Below, one piece after another: positions 31,145-40,646 of a stretch of 64,000 nt of DNA. The DNA comes from Nitrososphaeria archaeon. Lineage in GTDB: Archaea > Thermoproteota > Nitrososphaeria > JACIWG01. The notes under the pieces are model-generated. The model had not been told where the DNA came from and made no database searches. It was given only the letters and a program-made list of their open reading frames with translations. The stretch covers positions 1,664-65,663 of the forward strand of contig JAOAKB010000004.1 in the NCBI GenBank assembly GCA_026413865.1. The letters run 5' to 3'. The number at the start of each line of letters is the position of its first letter. Position 1 is the stretch's first letter. The position numbers and the translations under genes were made by a program.

Positions 31145-31599
31145 ATTTCTTCTTCCGAAAAAACTTTGATACCATTACGTTTCAAAAGGGCTGTGGTGAC
31201 ACCATCACCTGAAACTAGCCTTTTAGAAAAGGTGCCATCATAGACCTTACCATTACCACACGATGGACTACCTTGCTTAAATATAGCTGAACTAATTCCA
31301 AAAATTTTTACAATCCTTAAAGTTTCCACCGCACCCCTAACAAAATTTAATGTAACATCCTTTCCAGAAACAGTTACGACTTTAGCCCTACCATCTAAAA
31401 CCATGTAACCATCCCCAACAATTTCAGAACTTTCTCTCGGAGTCGGTAGACCACCTAACTGTTCAGGGCACACTGGAATCAAAATTTCGCTTTCAAGAAG
31501 ATTCAGAACTTTAGTGTTAAGATTATCTTCTCCTCTATAATTGCATTTTATTCCAAGAAGACAGGCACTACAGAGCATCAAGATAATGTTCACCAACAA
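31141..31599 (-). CDS. DUF523 / TudS-like 2-thiouracil desulfurase
   Basis: SACLLGIKCNY, PVCPEQLGGLPTPR, KQGSPSCG, GDGVTTALL. Confidence 0.9.
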   Translation of the reverse strand: MLVNIILMLCSACLLGIKCNYRGEDNLNTKVLNLLESEILIPVCPEQLGGLPTPRESSEIVGDGYMVLDGRAKVVTVSGKDVTLNFVRGAVETLRIVKIFGISSAIFKQGSPSCGNGKVYDGTFSKRLVSGDGVTTALLKRNGIKVFSEEEI

Positions 31600-31654
31600 T
31601 ATACTATAATTTAGAAGTTAAAACTTTTTAATAACATAAACAATATCATATATT

Positions 31655-32182
31655 ATGAAAATTGACATTGATGCAACAAATATGCCCTTTTTACTACTTC
31701 CTAAGCCAGCACTATTGATAACATGTGGACCCTTTGAAAAAAGTAATATACTATCGATAGCATGGTCAATTCCGATTTCAAGAAATCCACCTCTAGTTGC
31801 AGTCGCAATATCTCCAAAAAGATACAGCTATCATCTAATTGAAGAATATAAGGCCTTTGCAATAAATGTACCAACATACGATCAATTAAATGCAGTAAAA
31901 GTGTGTGGAAGCACGTCAGGAAAAAATGTGAACAAATGGGAAATTATAAAGCTGACAAAAGAAAAAGCGAGAAAAATTGATACAGCAATAATAAAAGAAT
32001 GTATAGCCCACATCGAATGCGTACTAGAAAGAAAGGTTGAGCTAGGAGACCATGACTTGTTTGTGGGAAAAGTTGTTGAAGCATATGGTGAAGAAAAAGC
32101 ATATGAACTTGGAATCTTAAACACATCAAAGTTTAAGCCAATACTACATTTAGGAAGAGACAATTTTACAACCGCAATATAA
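31655..32182 (+). CDS. Flavin reductase family (flavoredoxin-like)
   Basis: SRNPPLVAVAI, FAINVP, CGSTSGK, IEC, GDHDLFVG. Confidence 0.9.
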   Translation: MKIDIDATNMPFLLLPKPALLITCGPFEKSNILSIAWSIPISRNPPLVAVAISPKRYSYHLIEEYKAFAINVPTYDQLNAVKVCGSTSGKNVNKWEIIKLTKEKARKIDTAIIKECIAHIECVLERKVELGDHDLFVGKVVEAYGEEKAYELGILNTSKFKPILHLGRDNFTTAI

Positions 32183-32216
32183 TAATAATCCTAACTTTTG
32201 TGGTAAAGTTGAAATA

Positions 32217-33191
32217 GTGTTAAGAGGAAATATTTTTGGAGAGAAATATTTGCATATTGCACAAATTGGTACAGGAAGAGTTGGTAGACCAACAGCATAC
32301 ACGATATTATGCTCGAATATAGCAAATGAGATAACAGTATGCGATATAAAGCCGGGCCTTGCAAAGGCTTTTGCGGAAGAACTAAAACATGTTTCAGCAA
32401 GCCTTGGTATTGATGTTAAAATAAACTCTTGTGAAAGAGATGAGGATGTGTCGGGCGCAGACCTTATACTTATTTCAGCAGGCAAGCCAAGAGTGCCCGG
32501 TGTAAGTATGAGCAGACGGGATTTAGCCGTGGAAAATGCTAAAATTGTAAAATATGTGTCTGAGGCTGTTGCATCATCGAATCCTGGAGCAAAATACATT
32601 GTTATAACAAATCCAGTTGATGCAATGACAATGGTTTGCAAAAAATATTCTAGAGCAGAGTTTGTGATAGGTACTGGAACATATCTAGAAAGTTTAAGAC
32701 TAAAGTCTAAACTTGCAGAATGTCTTCAGGTTCCTGTTTCAAAAGTTAGTGGTTGGGTGGGTGGTGAACATGGAGATTTAGCAACAATATTATGGACAAC
32801 GGTTAAAGTATATAATATGGCAGTAGAAGAGTATTCAAGAATAAGAGGCAAAAGTTTAGAAAAGAATGTTATAGAGGATTATATTAAGTCGATAACCAGA
32901 TTTATAATAGATAATGTTGGTGGAACAGAATACGGTCCAGCTGCAGCATTCAGAGATATCGTCAAATCTATAGTCGAGAATAGGAGAGAGATTTTCCCTA
33001 TAGATGTGCCAATAAGATTTGATAGCATACCTGAACCAGTTTACGTTAGTATACCAACAAGACTAGGGAGAAGTTTAGGAGAAAACATTTACAGTAAACT
33101 ATCTTTTGAAGAAAAAGAAAAAGTTTTTGAGGCTGCAAAGGCTATTTACAGAACATACGTTGACGCAATCTCGAACATCGAGAAAGTTTAA
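32217..33191 (+). CDS. mdh: Malate dehydrogenase (LDH-like superfamily)
   Basis: GTGRVG, SAGKPRVPG..MSRRDL (Arg at the MDH specificity position), ITNPVD, GEHG. Confidence 0.75.
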   Translation: MLRGNIFGEKYLHIAQIGTGRVGRPTAYTILCSNIANEITVCDIKPGLAKAFAEELKHVSASLGIDVKINSCERDEDVSGADLILISAGKPRVPGVSMSRRDLAVENAKIVKYVSEAVASSNPGAKYIVITNPVDAMTMVCKKYSRAEFVIGTGTYLESLRLKSKLAECLQVPVSKVSGWVGGEHGDLATILWTTVKVYNMAVEEYSRIRGKSLEKNVIEDYIKSITRFIIDNVGGTEYGPAAAFRDIVKSIVENRREIFPIDVPIRFDSIPEPVYVSIPTRLGRSLGENIYSKLSFEEKEKVFEAAKAIYRTYVDAISNIEKV

Positions 33192-33256
33192 ATAATGTTC
33201 ATAGAACAGTTTAAGTCCCACTATAAAGGTTGTAGAGGAAGGTTTGATTTAAGAAA

Positions 33257-34099
33257 ATGTCATTCGAAGTACAAGATCTCTATGATGTGATAAAGATAGT
33301 TACACTATTGGTTTTGGGAAAAAATTCAAGAATCAAAGTATATGAACTAAAGAGTAAGATAGAAGAATTATGTGGAAAGCGCATGTGTGTTGAATCAAGT
33401 GATATAAATAGAGCATTAATGGAGCTTCAAAATGAGGGACTAATTATAGTTAAAGGAGAATATATTGAATTAACTTCGGTAGGCTTAAAAGTTAGCGAAG
33501 ACTGGAAAAGTCTACTATTAAAAAGTGAGCCAGTACTGGAGATTGTTGCAGGATTAACTGATGGGTCAGTAACAAGTTTAATGGTCATACTTTCTTCCTT
33601 CTTCGCAAAATTATCGTCTAAATTGACTATTTTTACAGCACTATTAACATTGGCCTCTGTAGCGATCACAAACTTTTCAAGCTTCTTTTTAGGAGGAGTT
33701 ACAGAAGACATTTCCGAAATTATTGCTATAAAAAGGTTAATGGACTATAGCTTAAATGACAACCCAGACAAAGTTCAAAGGCTAAAGTCAATAGAATTAT
33801 TAAAACATGTCTTCTCATTACTTAATAGAGAGGTTCGAAAAATAAATATTATATCAGCAATTACATGTTCCGTAACAACATTATTTGCAGGATTCATGCC
33901 AATAGTGCTCTACCTCATATTTCCAACACCCTATAGTCTTATAGCTTCAATAACATTTATTGGAGTAATTGTGATACTACTGCTTGTTAGATATCGTTCA
34001 AAGATGACAAAGGTGCCCCTAAAAATAACTTTAATAGAAACGCTTATAATAATTTTGGCAGCAACACTAGCATCAATACTATTGGGCTTAAATTTATAA
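33257..34099 (+). CDS. Membrane protein: N-terminal winged-helix domain + VIT1/CCC1-like domain
   Basis: N-terminus INRALMELQNEGLI...IELTSVG (wHTH wing). Then IVAGLTDG resembling the VIT1 GxxDG motif, and about 5 TM helices. Confidence 0.6.
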   Translation: MSFEVQDLYDVIKIVTLLVLGKNSRIKVYELKSKIEELCGKRMCVESSDINRALMELQNEGLIIVKGEYIELTSVGLKVSEDWKSLLLKSEPVLEIVAGLTDGSVTSLMVILSSFFAKLSSKLTIFTALLTLASVAITNFSSFFLGGVTEDISEIIAIKRLMDYSLNDNPDKVQRLKSIELLKHVFSLLNREVRKINIISAITCSVTTLFAGFMPIVLYLIFPTPYSLIASITFIGVIVILLLVRYRSKMTKVPLKITLIETLIIILAATLASILLGLNL

Positions 34100-34103
34100 A
34101 AAA

Positions 34104-35093
34104 TCAAACTTTCTTGAAAAGATTCGCACTATCTAGAGCCCTTTTAGCCCACATAGGATCTTTTAAAAGTTGCCTTCCAACAGCAACTAAGTCAACATAG
34201 CCTTCCATCAAAATCCTATTAGCGTATTCATAGCTTCTTATTCCACCAACACCTATAACTGGAACACTAACAGCCTTCTTTATTTCATGAGCGTATGGTA
34301 TAAAGTATCCTTCAACACCCTCAAACTGGGCGGGCCTGCTACCACAAACTCCTCCACTGACATCTATAATATCCACACCCTTCTCTTCAAGCTTCTTAGC
34401 CAAAACCTTCGCATCTTCAACAGTACTGCCTCCGGGAGTCAAGTCATCAGCACCGATACGGTATAACAAAAGTTTGTTGCCAACCACATCCTTAATAGCT
34501 TCAACAACCTCTAATGGAAAACGCATTCTATTTTCTAGAGCACCACCATAGTCGTCAAGCCTCCTATTTGTAAGAGGAGAAAAGAACTGGTTTACTAAAA
34601 AACCGTGTGCACCATGAACTTCGACACCATCAAAGCCTGCAAGTATAGCCCTTTCAGCAGCCTTAGCGAACTCGTCAACTATAATCCCTATTTCTTTTTT
34701 AGAAAGTTCTTTCGACCTTCCATCAGAGGACGGTGCTAAAGGGATAGTATTTTGTAAAGTAGATTTTGAACCCGCATGAACTATCTGTAATACAACACAT
34801 GCACCCATTTCATGAACACCTTCAACAAGCCTTTTAAGACCATGAATCATGTCATCACAGTGTACACCAAGCTGTTTTTCCACATACTTTCCAGCTTCAG
34901 AAACATAGGAGGCTTCAACAATAACTAGACCAACATATGCAGCTCTCTTCAAATAATGTTCGACTAGAGCGTCTGTTACACTTCCATCATATGCTGCAAG
35001 ATTTGTTAACATGGGAGGAAGTACAAGACGATTTCTTAAAACAAGGCTTTTAACATGTAGAGGATCCGTTAATAGAACCATACTTAATAGCAC
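34104..35093 (-). CDS. NADH:flavin oxidoreductase (Old Yellow Enzyme family)
   Basis: LRNRLVLPPM, QIVHAG, AGFDGVEVHGAHGFL..QFFSP.TNRRLDDYGG..ENRMRF. Confidence 0.94.
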   Translation of the reverse strand: MLLSMVLLTDPLHVKSLVLRNRLVLPPMLTNLAAYDGSVTDALVEHYLKRAAYVGLVIVEASYVSEAGKYVEKQLGVHCDDMIHGLKRLVEGVHEMGACVVLQIVHAGSKSTLQNTIPLAPSSDGRSKELSKKEIGIIVDEFAKAAERAILAGFDGVEVHGAHGFLVNQFFSPLTNRRLDDYGGALENRMRFPLEVVEAIKDVVGNKLLLYRIGADDLTPGGSTVEDAKVLAKKLEEKGVDIIDVSGGVCGSRPAQFEGVEGYFIPYAHEIKKAVSVPVIGVGGIRSYEYANRILMEGYVDLVAVGRQLLKDPMWAKRALDSANLFKKV

Positions 35094-35105
35094 CGAATTC
35101 TAAAT

Positions 35106-36089
35106 TTATTTTACTCTTTCAAACTTTTGAATAGCATGACATTCGTTCGGAACATTCTTGAATTCAGCAGAAGAGATAACAACCTCTCCAACATATATAT
35201 TTCCTTTTGAATCGACACAAAGTGCGTGAGGGGCTCTAAAAAAGCCTGGCCTACAGCCTTCATCCGAACCCCATCTTGCAACAATTTCACCGTTTAAGTC
35301 AAATACGGTTAACCTTGCAGCCTTGACCCCATCCTTTGGTGTAGTAGAAATAAGACTATGTCCAACATTATATCCGAGTTCCGTTACAAAAACATATTTA
35401 TCATGAACATAGACGTCAGTCGGTCTATTAACATACCATTCCTGCAAATATTTTCCTTCAGTATCAAATAATTGTATCCTACAATTTTCTCTGTCTGCAA
35501 CATAAACGACCCCATTATTAACATATATGCCATGTGGAAGATTAAACTGTCCAGGACCCCTACCAGGTTCACCCCAAGAAAGAAGCAGTTCACCATCTTT
35601 TGAAAACTTGTGGATTCTAGCATTACCGTAGCCGTCAGAAACATATATTGTTCCATCTTTTTCAACAAAGACATCAGTTGGAAGATTAAATGGTTCAGCA
35701 CCCCGCTTAATAGTCCTATAATCCTTATTCACACAACCACTATCAGATGGACAACCCTTTTTACCGAGCACCATCAGAAGATCACCATTTCTGGTGAACC
35801 TTTTTACTGTATGGTCACCGTCAGTGCAAAAGATTGTATCGTCTGGAGCAACATATAGGCCATGAGGCCAGCTAAATAGACCCCTACCCCAACATGTTAT
35901 AAAATCACCGTCTTCATCAAACACGAGAAGAGGGTCGACACCTCTAATGAATACATAAACATTGTTTCCACTATCGACAGCCACACCAGTAACTTCAACA
36001 AAAGGCGAATAGAAATGTTTACCCCAATCTTTAACAACCCTATACTTTAGAAAATCGCAGCCAAACATCAAATTCTTTAACACCATCAT
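35106..36089 (-). CDS. NHL-repeat beta-propeller, peptidyl-alpha-hydroxyglycine lyase-like
   Basis: PHGLYV, FNLPTDV, YVSDGYGNARIHKF, GPGQFNLPHGI, VADRENCRIQ. No signal peptide. Confidence 0.85.
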   Translation of the reverse strand: MMVLKNLMFGCDFLKYRVVKDWGKHFYSPFVEVTGVAVDSGNNVYVFIRGVDPLLVFDEDGDFITCWGRGLFSWPHGLYVAPDDTIFCTDGDHTVKRFTRNGDLLMVLGKKGCPSDSGCVNKDYRTIKRGAEPFNLPTDVFVEKDGTIYVSDGYGNARIHKFSKDGELLLSWGEPGRGPGQFNLPHGIYVNNGVVYVADRENCRIQLFDTEGKYLQEWYVNRPTDVYVHDKYVFVTELGYNVGHSLISTTPKDGVKAARLTVFDLNGEIVARWGSDEGCRPGFFRAPHALCVDSKGNIYVGEVVISSAEFKNVPNECHAIQKFERVK

Positions 36090-36161
36090 CTATATTCGAA
36101 AAGTACTTTATAATTTTTAATTTTTTTAAAATTTTTATAACATGCTCACGGGTACATAAAT

Positions 36162-36890
36162 ATGCAGGCCATTATTCTAGCAGGAGGCTTTGCAAAAAGA
36201 CTTTGGCCTCTAACACTAGAGAAGCCAAAACCCCTACTTTCTGTCAACAATAAGCCAATAATAGAATATTTGCTTGAGAAGATAGATGAACTTGATGTTA
36301 AAGATATTATTGTATCAACAAACATGAAGTTTAAGAATAATTTTGAAAAATGGCTTTCTTCAACAGGTAGAAAAAATATTAGAATTATAGCTGAAGAGTC
36401 AACAAAAGAGGAAGAGAAACTGGGTGCAGTAAAAGCTCTTGCAAGATTATCAAATGAAATTATAGAAGACTGCCTAATTGCTGCAGGAGACAACATTTTT
36501 ACTGAAAGCCTTGTAGACTTTAAAAGAATGTTCGAAAAACTCAAGGCACCTATAGTATGCTTATATGATGTTAGGGAGGTTGAGCTTGCAAAAAATTATT
36601 CCATAGCAATTTTAGAAAATGATGGTAGAATAGTTGAATTTGTTGAAAAACCGCAGAATCCTAAAACAACACTTATTGGAACATGCTTGTACATTTTTCC
36701 AAGAGAAGTTTTTAAAAAATTGAACGAGTATGTCAGCATGGATAGGGATTGTGATGCACCTGGAAGATTTATTGAATGGTTATGTAAGGAAATTCCCGTC
36801 TACGGATACACAATGCATGGAATGTGGTGGGATATTGGAACCATAAAATCTTATGAGGATGCTAAAAGATACTTTGCTGGCAAAAGATAG
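36162..36890 (+). CDS. Sugar-phosphate nucleotidyltransferase
   Basis: AIILAGGFAKRLWPLT..PKPLL, GDN, FVEKP, WWDIGT. Confidence 0.92.
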   Translation: MQAIILAGGFAKRLWPLTLEKPKPLLSVNNKPIIEYLLEKIDELDVKDIIVSTNMKFKNNFEKWLSSTGRKNIRIIAEESTKEEEKLGAVKALARLSNEIIEDCLIAAGDNIFTESLVDFKRMFEKLKAPIVCLYDVREVELAKNYSIAILENDGRIVEFVEKPQNPKTTLIGTCLYIFPREVFKKLNEYVSMDRDCDAPGRFIEWLCKEIPVYGYTMHGMWWDIGTIKSYEDAKRYFAGKR

Positions 36891-36898
36891 TGGCCTAA

Positions 36899-38461
36899 AT
36901 GAGTGAAAACCTTTCAAACATTATTGAGGAATCGGCAAGAGGAGGATTTTTTCTCTTCATAGGCTATTTTATGTCACTGGTTATTCTTGCATTAGGCTCA
37001 ATGATTGTAGGAAGACTTCTAGGCCCAGAAGGATTTGGAATATTTTCTCTAGCATTTGTTGTTCCAACACTTATACTCGGATTTCTTGACCCAGGAGTTG
37101 GTGCTGCACTAACAAGGTATACGGCAAAATATAGAACAGAAAAAAAACTAGATTTTGCGAAAAGTATTCTAAGGACAGGATTATTGTATAAGGTTACCGT
37201 AAGCACCATAGCCACAATATCCTGTATAATATTTTCAGACAACTTTGCAACAATACTTCTTAATAGGCCTGAATTAGGAAACATTGTTAAAATAGCATCA
37301 ATAATAATATTTTTTCAGACAATATTCAACTATCTTGGAGAGGCATTTTCAGGCTTAGATAGGATGGAGGGTAATGCACTAATCTTGAACATAGAGGCTG
37401 TAGCCAAAACTTTTCTTTCGCCAATACTTATAGTTTTAGGGCTAGGAGTCATTGGAGCTGTCATAGGACACATAGCTAGTTATGCAGTAGCAGTAGTGGT
37501 TGGCATAATATTTTTTATTAAAGTCTATAATATGATGGGTAATCCTGCAGAAAACAGTTTTTTAGATAACATTAAGATGATGATATCATATGGTTTTCCA
37601 TTGTACGCGGCAAACTTTTTAAACACAATATCTTCACAGTTCCAGATTCTAGTTCTAGCATATTTTGCATCAAATAGTGAAATTGGAAACTTTTATGTCG
37701 CAGCAAGGCTTCTTGCACTCGTAGGCGTTCTAGCATACCCTTTCTCAGCACTATTTCCAGCATTCTCTAAAGTTAAAATAGGTTCAAAAGAACTTCAAAC
37801 ACTATTCAAGCTTTCGACGAAATACACTTCATTAGCAATAGTGCCTGCAACAGTTCTCGTGATGGCGCTTTCAAAGGATGTGGTTTACGCATTCTATGGT
37901 AGAAGCTACACACTTGCACCAGAATATCTTACACTATATGTTCTAACTAACCTATACGCTGGATTCGGGGCAATAATTTTTGGACACATGTTCAATGGAC
38001 TAGGATACACTAGAGTATCATTCTACAGCACTCTAGTAAACTTTATCACATTCATACCACTAGTCTATATTCTAACATCAAAATATAGTGTCTTAGGAAC
38101 ATTATATGCTATAATAATTTCACAAACCCTCTCTCTAGCATACAACATTTGGGCTTCAAAAAAAGTGTTAAACCTAAAATTTGAGACAATATCGTCGGCA
38201 AAAATTTATCTAATCTCATTCATTGCAGTAATACCATTAATTTTATTTTCAAATATACTTTATTTTCCATACTGGATAATTAACCTAATTGTAAGAGGAA
38301 CAACATATTTCATAATATATTTGACACTTCTACCACTTTCTAAAACCATAACAGAATATGACCTCGAAAATATTGAGACTCTAGTTAAAAGACATAGGCT
38401 CTTTAAAACCATAATGGGGCCAATAATAAAATATGAAAGAATTCTGGCAAAAATTTATTAA
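36899..38461 (+). CDS. Oligosaccharide flippase (Wzx/MATE-like)
   Basis: RLLGPEGFG, about 14 TM helices, LFPAFS; directly follows the NDP-sugar synthase. Confidence 0.85.
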   Translation: MSENLSNIIEESARGGFFLFIGYFMSLVILALGSMIVGRLLGPEGFGIFSLAFVVPTLILGFLDPGVGAALTRYTAKYRTEKKLDFAKSILRTGLLYKVTVSTIATISCIIFSDNFATILLNRPELGNIVKIASIIIFFQTIFNYLGEAFSGLDRMEGNALILNIEAVAKTFLSPILIVLGLGVIGAVIGHIASYAVAVVVGIIFFIKVYNMMGNPAENSFLDNIKMMISYGFPLYAANFLNTISSQFQILVLAYFASNSEIGNFYVAARLLALVGVLAYPFSALFPAFSKVKIGSKELQTLFKLSTKYTSLAIVPATVLVMALSKDVVYAFYGRSYTLAPEYLTLYVLTNLYAGFGAIIFGHMFNGLGYTRVSFYSTLVNFITFIPLVYILTSKYSVLGTLYAIIISQTLSLAYNIWASKKVLNLKFETISSAKIYLISFIAVIPLILFSNILYFPYWIINLIVRGTTYFIIYLTLLPLSKTITEYDLENIETLVKRHRLFKTIMGPIIKYERILAKIY

Positions 38462-38494
38462 CTAAATTGAATAGCTAGATAATGGCATCCAAGC

Positions 38495-40024
38495 TTGAAT
38501 GAATATAATAGTGGAGATAGAGTTAAAGAGCTTTTTAATACACTTGTAAAGTTTGCTCCGACAGCAATAATATTTTTAGACATGAAAGGAAACATTATCG
38601 AATGCACAGACCATACACTAAAAATATTTGAACTTCCAAAAGAACAACTTGTCAGAAAAAATTTTCTGGAAATAGTTCACGAAAGTGAAAAAGACAAAGT
38701 TTTAGCAGGATTAAAGCAGCTTATAGCCCAAAATACACCAATTAAATCACAATTGACCCTCTACAAAAGTGGTGGAAAAACGTTTGATGCAGAAGTTTAT
38801 GCTAACTTGGCAAAAGATGCTTACGGAAAACCTTTCCAAATCATAGTCAAAGTCCTAGACATTACAGAACATAAGAGGATAGAAATAGAACTCTATAATG
38901 CAAGAGAACTTTTAAACATATTAATGGAGGCTATACCAGATGCAATATACTTTAAAGATACTTTATCAAGATTTACTAAAGTAAATAGAGCTCACGCTGA
39001 AAGAATGGGTTTAAAGACTCCTGAAGAGGCGGTTGGAAAAACAGATTTCGACTTCTATAGTGAAGAGTTTGCAAGACAAACATACGAGGACGAACAGGAA
39101 ATTATTAGGACAGGTAAGCCTCTAATAAACAAAGTTGAAAAGGTTGTTGGAAAGGATGGTTTAGTACACTGGGTTACTGCAACAAAAATACCCATATTAG
39201 ACAAGAATGGAAAGGTTACTGGAATAGTTGGTATTTCAAGAGATATAACTGAGTTAAAACGTGTAGAGGAAACACTAAGAAGGTATAGTGAACAGTTAGA
39301 AAAGATGGTAGAGGAAAAGACGAAAGCACTTTTGGAGGCGGAGAGGCTAGCAGCTATAGGCGAGGTTGTTTCAATGATAGTGCACGACCTACGTTCACCA
39401 TTGCAAGTGATACTTTACAAGACATTTCTTTTAAAGGAGAAACTTAAACAACTACCAATACCATCATATGAGAAAGACAGTTTCAAAGAGACACTTGATT
39501 CCATTAACGAACAAGTCGAGTACATGAATAAGATGGTTTCAGATTTAAAAGACTATGCAAGAAACATTAAACCAGAATATCTTGAAATAGACATAAAAAA
39601 ACTTATTGAGGAGGTCCTTGCAACATTTATAATACCAGAAAATGTTAAAATAAAGGTTTCAGTACAGAAAGATTTTCCAAAACTTTTAGTAGATCCTATG
39701 ATGATAAGAAGAGTTCTTTCTAACCTAATATCAAATGCTGTAGACGCCTTACCACATGGAGGAAACATATATCTTGAGACAAAAATTGAAGGCGAGCAGA
39801 TAGTGATAAGTGTAGAAGACACGGGTGTAGGAATATCTGAAGAAAATTTAAGAAAACTCTTCAAACCTTTCTTTACAACAAAGGATAAGGGTACAGGCTT
39901 AGGGCTTGCAATATGTAAAAGATTTATAGAATTGCATGGTGGACAGATTTTTGTAGAAAGCAAGCCTGGTGTTGGAACAAAATTTACAATAAAACTTCCC
40001 CTAGAAGGGCACATTAAAAGATAA
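38495..40024 (+). CDS. Cytoplasmic PAS-PAS histidine kinase
   Basis: Two PAS/PAC domains (IPDAIYFKD, GKTDFDF, GIVGISRDITE), HDLRSPL, NAVDA, DTGVGI, FFTTKDKGTGLGL. Confidence 0.93.
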   Translation: MNEYNSGDRVKELFNTLVKFAPTAIIFLDMKGNIIECTDHTLKIFELPKEQLVRKNFLEIVHESEKDKVLAGLKQLIAQNTPIKSQLTLYKSGGKTFDAEVYANLAKDAYGKPFQIIVKVLDITEHKRIEIELYNARELLNILMEAIPDAIYFKDTLSRFTKVNRAHAERMGLKTPEEAVGKTDFDFYSEEFARQTYEDEQEIIRTGKPLINKVEKVVGKDGLVHWVTATKIPILDKNGKVTGIVGISRDITELKRVEETLRRYSEQLEKMVEEKTKALLEAERLAAIGEVVSMIVHDLRSPLQVILYKTFLLKEKLKQLPIPSYEKDSFKETLDSINEQVEYMNKMVSDLKDYARNIKPEYLEIDIKKLIEEVLATFIIPENVKIKVSVQKDFPKLLVDPMMIRRVLSNLISNAVDALPHGGNIYLETKIEGEQIVISVEDTGVGISEENLRKLFKPFFTTKDKGTGLGLAICKRFIELHGGQIFVESKPGVGTKFTIKLPLEGHIKR

Positions 40025-40063
40025 AAGTTATAAACATGATATATTATATTATTTCGGATTCAA

Positions 40064-40285
40064 ATGGAAAACGGGATAGAAGAGAGAGAATACAGGTTAC
40101 TTGAAGAACTAATGTTTTCATATAATGCGACATCAGAAAAGAATGCTGTCTCAAAAGAAAATCTTATTTCAAAATTGAGTAAACTAGAGTTTTTTAAAGA
40201 AAAAGGCTATATTATGGAGCTTTCGGACGGCAGAATATTTCTTACACCAAAAGGCATGCAAGCACTTTTAGCACACTTTAGCTAA
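40064..40285 (+). CDS. Small hypothetical protein, possible winged helix
   Basis: Fills the intergenic gap with a TATA-like element upstream; KEKGYIMELSDGRIFLTPKG resembles a wHTH wing. Confidence 0.55.
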   Translation: MENGIEEREYRLLEELMFSYNATSEKNAVSKENLISKLSKLEFFKEKGYIMELSDGRIFLTPKGMQALLAHFS

Positions 40286-40340
40286 AAATTTTTAATATAA
40301 AATATAATAAGCACTACAACATTACCAATAATGTTGTAAT

Positions 40341-40646
40341 ATGAGCATGGATAAAGCGGATAAAATGTTAATAGAGGCAATAGATGAAGCTTTATCCATA
40401 CTAGGAAATAAGGCTAAAGAGATAATATACTATTTCTTAGATAAAGAATATGGGCTTAAAAGGGAAGAGATTTCATCAAATTTAAAGGGCTTCCATGATG
40501 GATTACACATGCTTTTTGGAATAGGCGCAAACATTATCGAGAAACACATCTATAACTGTGCCCAGAACAAGATTGGAGTTAGAATTCGAATAGAGCCAGA
40601 ACAAGATTTTGTTGAAGTTTTAAATAAACTAAAATCTTTCACCTAA
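40341..40646 (+). CDS. DUF3227/NitrOD5-like small helical protein
   Basis: EAIDEALSILG..AKEIIYYFL..EYGL...EI......F..GL..LFG.GA.IIE pattern. Confidence 0.75.
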   Translation: MSMDKADKMLIEAIDEALSILGNKAKEIIYYFLDKEYGLKREEISSNLKGFHDGLHMLFGIGANIIEKHIYNCAQNKIGVRIRIEPEQDFVEVLNKLKSFT

